A DNA stretch of 63,353 bases, counting the filler, from Octopus bimaculoides (lineage: Eukaryota): assembly GCF_001194135.2 (NCBI RefSeq). It is 7 parts of 7 records of this genome, joined end to end, with 100 filler letters (N's around TTAATTAATTAA, not from the genome) between each part and the next. Parts side by side here need not be neighbours in the genome. Positions count along the whole stretch, not along the records: positions 54,169 to 61,970 come from NW_026426964.1; positions 62,071 to 63,353 come from NC_068988.1; 5 more parts are not named here. The stretch is one strand, 5' to 3'. Below the pieces are notes generated by a model. That model searched no databases and was not told the DNA's origin. It saw only the letters and a list, made by a program, of their open reading frames with translations. Below are positions 54,069 through 63,353 of this stretch, piece after piece; position 1 is the first letter of the stretch, and every line of letters starts with the position of its first letter. The translations under genes were made by a program, and so were the position numbers.

Positions 54069-54614
54069 NNNNNNNNNNNNNNNNNNNNNNNNNNNNNNNN
54101 NNNNNNNNNNNNTTAATTAATTAANNNNNNNNNNNNNNNNNNNNNNNNNNNNNNNNNNNNNNNNNNNNATATATATATATATACTTGGAAAAGGATGCGT
54201 GGCGTTCGATCATATAATAATATAAATAATATATAAATATATGCATATATCCATACATATGTGTACATACCTATATTTATATGTATACATACATGCATAT
54301 ATGGGTACAGGACATCAAGAAAAAAAAACGTTAAACACAATGAGAAACGAAAACATAAAAACGAAAAAAAACAAACAGAGAAACGAAACATACAACACAA
54401 AGAGTATACCCCTTCGTCAGTTGTCCCTGTTCATACATATATTTTATCGGATGAATGTATGTTCGTCCTTTAACTGGAATTTTTTTTCCTTAGATTTCTA
54501 ATGTCTTTTCTTCATACTTTACTTTCGAATTTTTTTTTAAAAAGTCGTATTGGTATGAAAGCCTGTATTGAAATAATCAGTATATGACTTAACTTATTAA
54601 ACAAAGTTCAAGAA

Positions 54615-55697
54615 ATTCGTTCATATGAATGAATTTGGTGAACATTGCTTAATAAGTTAAGTCAAAGGACATACGGGGCAGTGTCTATCATGGTAACGCG
54701 TGCTGAGGAAGCTGAGGCTATTTTTGCCATTGCAGAAACCGGTCCACGTGAGACTGTCTTAGCCCGTTTGCTACATTTAGGGTAGATTCGTTCATATGAA
54801 TGAATTTGGTGAACATTGCTTAATAAGTTAAGTCAAAGGACATACGGGGCAGTGTCTATCATNNNNNNNNNNNNNNNNNNNNNNNNNNNNNNNNNNNNNN
54901 NNNNNNNNNNNNNNNNNNNNNNNNNNNNNNNNNNNNNNNNNNNNNNNNNNNNNNNNNNNNNNNNNNNNNNNNNNNNNNNNNNNNNNNNNNNNNNNNNNNN
55001 NNNNNNNNNNNNNNNNNNNNNNNNNNNNNNNNNNNNNNNNNNNNNNNNNNNNNNNNNNNNNNNNNNNNNNNNNNNNNNNNNNNNNNNNNNNNNNNNNNNN
55101 NNNNNNNNNNNNNNNNNNNNNNNNNNNNNNNNNNNNNNNNNNNNNNNNNNNNNNNNNNNNNNNNNNNNNNNNNNNNNNNNNNNNNNNNNNNNNNNNNNNN
55201 NNNNNNNNNNNNNNNNNNNNNNNNNNNNNNNNNNNNNNNNNNNNNNNNNNNNNNNNNNNNNNNNNNNNNNNNNNNNNNNNNNNNNNNNNNNNNNNNNNNN
55301 NNNNNNNNNNNNNNNNNNNNNNNNNNNNNNNNNNNNNNNNNNNNNNNNNNNNNNNNNNNNNNNNNNNNNNNNNNNNNNNNNNNNNNNNNNNNNNNNNNNN
55401 NNNNNNNNNNNNNNNNNNNNNNNNNNNNNNNNNNNNNNNNNNNNNNNNNNNNNNNNNNNNNNNNNNNNNNNNNNNNNNNNNNNNNNNNNNNNNNNNNNNN
55501 NNNNNNNNNNNNNNNNNNNNNNNNNAATTCGTTCATATGAATGAATTTGGTGAACATTGCTTAATAAGTTAAGTCAAAGGACATACGGGGCAGTGTCTAT
55601 CATGGTAACGCGTGCTGAGGAAGCTGAGGCTATTTTTGCCATTGCAGAAACCGGTCCACGTGAGACTGTCTTAGCCCGTTTGCTACATTTAGGGTAG
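54615..55697. repeat. 171-bp tandem repeat (one full copy, one partial copy, gap, one full copy)
   Basis: Units start at 54615, 54786 and 55527; the sequenced copies are identical. Confidence 0.75.
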
Positions 55698-55698
55698 G

Positions 55699-55935
55699 CC
55701 TGTCTGTGAAGTGCTCAGCCACTTGCAAGTTAATTTCACGAGCAGGCTGTTCCGTTGATCGGATCAACTGGAACCCTCGTCGTCACAAACGACGGAGTGC
55801 CACATTCTGAAATCAAATTCCTCCAAGGTCTACTTTGCCTTTCATCTTTTCAGGGTCGATAAAATAAGTACCAGTTGAGCACTGGGGTCGACGTAATCGA
55901 TTTAGCATCTTGCTGGCCTTCAAAATTTGAAACCC
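55699..55935 (+). mobile_element. SINE family C tail followed by a family A 3' part
   Basis: Matches the 20800-20890 region and the 10190-10270 region. Confidence 0.75.
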
Positions 55936-56837
55936 GTATTAAGTAAATTTTACATAGACAAATACATANNNNNNNNNNNNNNNNNNNNNNNNNNNNNNNN
56001 NNNNNNNNNNNNNNNNNNNNNNNNNNNNNNNNNNNNNNNNNNNNNNNNNNNNNNNNNNNNNNNNNNNNNNNNNNNNNNNNNNNNNNNNNNNNNNNNNNNN
56101 NNNNNNNNNNNNNNNNNNNNNNNNNNNNNNNNNNNNNNNNNNNNNNNNNNNNNNNNNNNNNNNNNNNNNNNNNNNNNNNNNNNNNNNNNNNNNNNNNNNN
56201 NNNNNNNNNNNNNNNNNNNNNNNNNNNNNNNNNNNNNNNNNNNNNNNNNNNNNNNNNNNNNNNNNNNNNNNNNNNNNNNNNNNNNNNNNNNNNNNNNNNN
56301 NNNNNNNNNNNNNNNNNNNNNNNNNNNNNNNNNNNNNNNNNNNNNNNNNNNNNNNNNNNNNNNNNNNNNNNNNNNNNNNNNNNNNNNNNNNNNNNNNNNN
56401 NNNNNNNNNNNNNNNNNNNNNNNNNNNNNNNNNNNNNNNNNNNNNNNNNNNNNNNNNNNNNNNNNNNNNNNNNNNNNNNNNNNNNNNNNNNNNNNNNNNN
56501 NNNNNNNNNNNNNNNNNNNNNNNNNNNNNNNNNNNNNNNNNNNNNNNNNNNNNNNNNNNNNNNNNNNNNNNNNNNNNNNNNNNNNNNNNNNNNNNNNNNA
56601 GAGAGTGGGGGAGGGGAGGGAGAAAGAGGGGTGGGTGGGAGAGAAATAGATAAGTAGATAATAGAGAAAAAGATAGGTAGATAGATGAATAGATAGAAAT
56701 AGAGAGGGAAAGAGGGAGAGGGAGAGGGAGAGGGAGAGAGAGAAATAGATAGGTAGATAAATAGATAGATAGAGATCGATAGAGAGAGTGAGAGAAAGAG
56801 AGAAATAGAGAGAGAGGGGAGAGGGAGAAAATAAGTT

Positions 56838-56872
<35 letters not shown>

Positions 56873-56989
56873 GGATAGATAGATAGAATGAGAGAAAGAC
56901 AGATTGGAAGTCAAAGGCAGAGTAAAAGGTGAACGTTATCCGTAAAAAAATACTGAATTCTAATATTAAAATTTGTGTTAATTCTTAAT

Positions 56990-57125
56990 TCTTGCACAAG
57001 TATGTTCTCTTCTGTTTTTGATTCTTAAAATTCTCCCTTTGCAGAAGGAGCTTGGTTTCTAGCAAAGATACAAGGCTCTATCGTTGGAATGTAGATAACC
57101 AAATCAATGTATATATGTATGTATG
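56990..57125 (-). mobile_element. Decayed 3'UTR resembling the (CATA)n-associated R4 lineage
   Basis: AGAAGGAGCTTGGTTTCTAGCAAAGATACAAGGCTCTATCGTTGGAAT resembles 35200-35250; next to TATG repeats. Confidence 0.4.
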
Positions 57126-57544
57126 CATGCACGTATGTGTGTATTCATACGTGTGCGGTTGAGAGAGGTTTTGTAAAGATCAGTTCTTGGTCAATTCCCC
57201 AAATTATTCTGCTTACGTCAACATTAATTGATAACTCGACTTAAGAATCTCGACAAGGCCCCCCTGTTGTCTTTTGTGCGGCAACTCTTGGACGATAAAG
57301 TACAATAGAATCCAGTATGGAACAATCGTCTGTTTTAACGGACAATTATTGTAAAGTAATATGGAATTTAATCACCCGAACCGTTTGCGTTTATCAGAAT
57401 ACGTACATTCGTTCATACATATATGCATACATGCATGCATACATACGTATATATTATATATATTTGTGTGTATATGTGTGTGTGTATATATTTCTTTGTG
57501 TGTATATACATATAAATATATATCCATACATGAATATACGTATG

Positions 57545-57619
<75 letters not shown>

Positions 57620-58101
57620 GTCTGTCTCTCTCCTTCCATCTAGCTATTCATATGTCTCTGTAACTATATATGTGTCTGTGCTCTGTGTGTGTGTATGTGT
57701 ATGTATGTGTGTGTGCGTGTCTACATATATGTTTATATACGTATATGTATATGTGTTAAATATAAATCTTGCTTTCTCCAATTCATCCGGGGCTCTCAAT
57801 ATCTGACTTTCTTGGCTGTGGATCGATGAACAAATGATGACATCTTGCATTGTTGTTAATGTTGCTAGCGTCGTCGTCATAATTGATGTTGCGATTGTTG
57901 TTGCTACTGTTGTTGCTGCTACTACGATTGTTGTTGTTGTTGCTGTTGTTGTTGTTTTAATATAGCAAGATGGATGGTTTAACGGAATGATGTAAATGAC
58001 CCTGAAATCTGTGCAGGTTGTCATTAAGGTCAAATGCAGACGTCTTGTATGTATGTATGTATGTATGTATGTATGTATGTATGTATGTATGTATGTTTGT
58101 A

Positions 58102-58158
<57 letters not shown>

Positions 58159-58270
58159 ATGTATGTACATACGTATGGATGGGTGGATCTGTGCGTGTAT
58201 GCACCGATGTGTAAATGTATTGATGTATATATATAATTGAATATAAGATTGTACGTGCGTATGAGAGTGT

Positions 58271-58323
<53 letters not shown>

Positions 58324-58490
58324 TTACATACATATATGTGTGCGTTTACATTTCAACAAAGATGCATGCCTATATATATATATATATAGATATATATATA
58401 TATATAACTATATGTCTACATATGTATATGTACACACACATACATACACACACACATATAAATATGTACATATATATATACTGGTATATG

Positions 58491-58546
<56 letters not shown>

Positions 58547-59552
58547 GGCATATGTGTGTGTGTATGTGTGTGTGTTTGTGGTTCTAACTTATTTACGTAT
58601 GTACATGTTAAATTAATTTAAACAGTTATTGAATATTTATGCATGCATATATGTGTAAATATGTATATATATAGAGAGAAATAGAGGGAGGGGAAACAGA
58701 ATGTATTTAAAATATATAAGCCCGGAAGTATTGAATATATCTCAACGAGTTGAGATTTGTCATTCTACTTAACTCCAGCCCATTGCCAATCTGACAGCGA
58801 ACATGTATCCTAGCTGTGGCCACTCTCTGATCAACGTGTTTTTAACCTGGAGGTCAAACCTTTTACTAATAAATCCCTCACATATCTTCAAACCCAATCA
58901 ATTATTACCTAAGTAGATGCGTCCATAAAATCTTGACGTTTTATGATCTTAAGCAAGGTATAATTTGGAAGAATCAAACTCGGATTTCTGTATTGGCTTT
59001 GACACGTGGAAACCATAAAGCTTAAATCTGGTGCATATATTAATCTGTATACTGTGTTGTTGTGGAGCGGGTTCGTGTCGGCGTCCGATGGATGGCTTCT
59101 TAATAATTGTTGAATGGTCGAGATTAACGTGAGAGCGAGGTATGGCGGAGCATTGTGTGGTAAGTGGTGTGACGTAGTGGGATGTGGAAGGGTTGTCCGA
59201 GAATGATGCTTTGGAATTCCAGTTTTGAAAATAATATTACATTGATTTGGGGGAAAACTAGTCAAGACATCTCTGACAGAGCTCGTTGGAGCCTTTCTAT
59301 CTGTGATCTCTCTCAGTCTCTCATTTACGTTGTACGCTTGCTTGCACGCATGCATGTATGTACGTAGCTATGTGCATTATACATACATGCATATATATAT
59401 ATCTTTACATACATATATATATGTATATATATATACATACACACAGACTCAAACATATACACACACACACACACACATGTAGATAGCTAGATATAGAGAT
59501 ATAGCTAGGTATATGTATATTTGATTCTATGTATATAACTATATATATATAT

Positions 59553-59601
<49 letters not shown>

Positions 59602-59658
59602 TATGTAACTCCTTCCAAATGTGTTAAGCGCCCTTTTCTTTCGTTTGTCCACTTACTC

Positions 59659-59693
<35 letters not shown>

Positions 59694-59829
59694 GTAGCGA
59701 TTTTCTTCACTACTTCAGGGAGTGACGACCCTGCCTGACACGAGTCCCGGGCTCAGCTGGCTCCGGCTGACAGTACCCGGTATGGGCCCCTATCCAGGGT
59801 TACGGAAAGGAGGCAACCTTCAAAGAAAT

Positions 59830-60130
59830 CCGGAGTGGAGTGGTGATGGTGATAGTGATGATGGTGGTGATAATGGTGGTGGTCGTGGTGGCGGCGGTGG
59901 TGGTGTTGGTGATGATGATGATGAGGATGATGTTGATCATGATGATGATGATGGTGGTAATAATGGTGGTGGTAGTAATGATGATGGTGGTGCTGGTGCT
60001 GGTGATGACAATGACGATGATGATGATACTGATGATGATGACGATGAGGAGGAGAAGGTGGTGGAAGAGGAGGGGCCGTGGAAGGTGGCGAGGAGGGTGA
60101 TAAGGTTGATGGCTTTGGTGATGGTGACGA
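59830..60130. repeat. (GGT/GAT)n trinucleotide mosaic
   Basis: Read directly. Confidence 0.85.
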
Positions 60131-61935
60131 TTTGTGGTGGTGAAAACGGGTTAGTTTTTGTTGTTATTCATCTCCTTGTCTTTCCTTGCATTTTCTATTC
60201 AACAGTTCCTTGGTGGTCTTTATTATAACAACGCTAACCCCNNNNNNNNNNNNNNNNNNNNNNNNNNNNNNNNNNNNNNNNNNNNNNNNNNNNNNNNNNN
60301 NNNNNNNNNNNNNNNNNNNNNNNNNNNNNNNNNNNNNNNNNNNNNNNNNNNNNNNNNNNNNNNNNNNNNNNNNNNNNNNNNNNNNNNNNNNNNNNNNNNN
60401 NNNNNNNNNNNNNNNNNNNNNNNNNNNNNNNNNNNNNNNNNNNNNNNNNNNNNNNNNNNNNNNNNNNNNNNNNNNNNNNNNNNNNNNNNNNNNNNNNNNN
60501 NNNNNNNNNNNNNNNNNNNNNNNNNNNNNNNNNNNNNNNNNNNNNNNNNNNNNNNNNNNNNNNNNNNNNNNNNNNNNNNNNNNNNNNNNNNNNNNNNNNN
60601 NNNNNNNNNNNNNNNNNNNNNNNNNNNNNNNNNNNNNNNNNNNNNNNNNNNNNNNNNNNNNNNNNNNNNNNNNNNNNNNNNNNNNNNNNNNNNNNNNNNN
60701 NNNNNNNNNNNNNNNNNNNNNNNNNNNNNNNNNNNNNNNNNNNNNNNNNNNNNNNNNNNNNNNNNNNNNNNNNNNNNNNNNNNNNNNNNNNNNNNNNNNN
60801 NNNNNNNNNNNNNNNNNNNNNNNNNNNNNNNNNNNNNNNNNNNNNNNNNNNNNNNNNNNNNNNNNNNNNNNNNNNNNNNNNNNNNNNNNNNNNNNNNNNN
60901 NNNNNNNNNNNNNNNNNNNNNNNNNNNNNNNNNNNNNNNNNNNNNNNNNNNNNNNNNNNNNNNNNNNNNNNNNNNNNNNNNNNNNNNNNNNNNNNNNNNN
61001 NNNNNNNNNNNNNNNNNNNNNNNNNNNNNNNNNNNNNNNNNNNNNNNNNNNNNNNNNNNNNNNNNNNNNNNNNNNNNNNNNNNNNNNNNNNNNNNNNNNN
61101 NNNNNNNNNNACTAAGTGATTAAATTATCTAACATGTGTTACTTAACTTTGGCTGGACTATTTCCTCTTTCGGCAGTGTCGACAGTTCGTGTCCGATGAG
61201 AGAAAGATAGAGAGAAAAAGAACGAGAGGGACAGACAGAAGGGAGAAAAAACAAAAAAGAAAGGAAAGAGAGACCGATATCTATATTAATCTGTGAATAT
61301 ACGTATGGACACACACAAACATACACACACACACAAAAAAAAAAAAATACGCTGTTTATAACAGATAAGAAAAAAGTACTCAATACATGGGGTAAAGTAT
61401 AATTATGTTTAATCGGTTGACGCCATTTTTCGTTAACATTTGAACGTCTAATTGTTGGTGTTAACGTGAAAAACCAAACTAACGGCAAACGACACCGACC
61501 CACTAAGTACTTAAGTGAATGCATGTTTACCTACCTACCCACCCATCCACCTGCCTGCCTGCTAACCTACCTACCTACCTACCTACCTACCTACCTACCT
61601 ACCTACCAACTTACCTACCTACCTACCTACCTACCTACCTACCTACCTTCGTACACACCTACCTACATACATACATACATACGCACATACATACATATAT
61701 ATATATACATACATTCATACACACACAGACACATAATAATATAAGTAATTATTATTCTAAAAGAAGAATATCATTGATAGTGACTTCGAAGTTTCGTCAA
61801 AGGCCTGTCTTCAGATGAATATAGTAAAAAAAATGTGTATTTACATAGATCCTGCCATTTTGGTTAGACCATTGCTTGTGCTAGAAACTGCTGCGCTCAA
61901 AATGTAGAAATTAAAAAAAACTTTCTACATTGCTA

Positions 61936-61970
<35 letters not shown>

Positions 61971-62560
61971 NNNNNNNNNNNNNNNNNNNNNNNNNNNNNN
62001 NNNNNNNNNNNNNNTTAATTAATTAANNNNNNNNNNNNNNNNNNNNNNNNNNNNNNNNNNNNNNNNNNNNATATATATATATATATATACATACAGAGAG
62101 AGAGAAATGGGAGATAGACAGAGGGAGGAGAGGGACAGAAATGGATAGATAGGTAGGTAAAAATATGTAGATTTTGATATTGATATATAAATATATATAT
62201 TAATATGTATGTATACATGCACACACACACACACACACACACATGTATATATCAGATTACTACACAAAAATAAAGTTAGGAGGAGGAGGGTGAACAAGAT
62301 TTTCACACAATAGTTCTTGGATTGAATTCAGGTATTGTTTAGCTTCACATGGAATCAAATATCCACATGTATTTCTGCCTATAAACTATAAGCAGTGATA
62401 TTAGCACATACAGATTTACATACAATGTCTTGTACATTACATTAAGCCTCAGTGCTTACATGTGTTTGTGTGTGAGTGTATGTGTATGTGTAGTACATGT
62501 ATATATTCAAACATAGATATGTATTCATATACAGATATATCTATATGTACATGCACGTGT

Positions 62561-62637
<77 letters not shown>

Positions 62638-63317
62638 GTAACATACATGTATGCGTGTGTTATACGTATACACGTAGATATGCATACATATACAGACATA
62701 TGTATACATGCATGCTTTTATATATATATATGCATATATAATATGTAATATATATGTGTGAGTGTGTGTATGTTCACGTGTGTGCATATGTATGTATGTA
62801 TAGACTTTATTAGACCAACTGCCTCCATGCCTTATCAGCATGTGTGCATGACTTCCTTTTTGTTTCCCCCAAAACAACTTTGTGATAGACAAAACGTGTG
62901 CAGAGAATAACCAATAATCTGAGACTTGTTCTAGAAGAAGAAGAAGAAGAAGAATAAGAAGAAGAAAAAGAAAAAGAAGAAAATGAATGTATGAATATTA
63001 AAAGAGTGGAATGGCTGAACACGTTATAACATTGTGATAACAAAAAGTATAAATATGGTAAGAAAAATGTCTTTTTTATTATTTCAATTTCTTTATTTTT
63101 TTATTTCCAGATTGGAAATTATGAAAAGTGTGATGCATTGTAGATGGGTATAATATAATAATGTTTTGAAGGAGAGTTATAATGATGTATAGGAGCATGA
63201 GTCTGTATGTATTGTTTTTATTTGTGTGATAATGTTTTGTCTGTATTAAGTACATACACAACATATATATGCATACATGCATGTGCACACACACATAGAC
63301 ACATACACATATATACA

Positions 63318-63353
<36 letters not shown>

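Noticed and set aside
54615-55697. Tandem repeat as a CRISPR-like array
   Set aside because: Eukaryotic context, identical full-length units, and no unique spacers.
59722-60228. 168-aa D/G-rich ORF
   Set aside because: Mostly a (GGT/GAT)n mosaic; no evidence of coding.

Overview
Eukaryotic, repeat-saturated draft-assembly window with roughly 15% N gaps. The SINE families and the (TA)n/(TATG)n/(GATA)n/(AAT)n load point to a coleoid cephalopod, most likely Octopus (inference from my recognition of the repeats, not a database search). I found no host protein-coding exon, rRNA, tRNA gene or CRISPR array, and nearly all ORFs in the track are microsatellite or N artefacts. The window holds tRNA-headed SINEs, fragments of RTE, CR1, L1/Tx1 and R4/Dong LINEs, Gypsy pieces (a 3' LTR with PPT and a gag fragment), and Tc1/mariner, hAT, Tigger-like and foldback DNA elements. 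Main observations: (1) a 1.9-kb ORF1-only ('half-LINE'-like) retroelement with a perfect 17-bp TSD inside a Gypsy LTR; (2) three R4/Dong-type lineages that appear to partition microsatellite targets, two in (TAA)n and one in (CATA)n; (3) a Merlin-like foldback element with an 8-bp TSD and central TTAGGG repeats; (4) an 80-bp palindrome at the start of a 171-bp tandem repeat; (5) a locally templated insertion inside a SINE.
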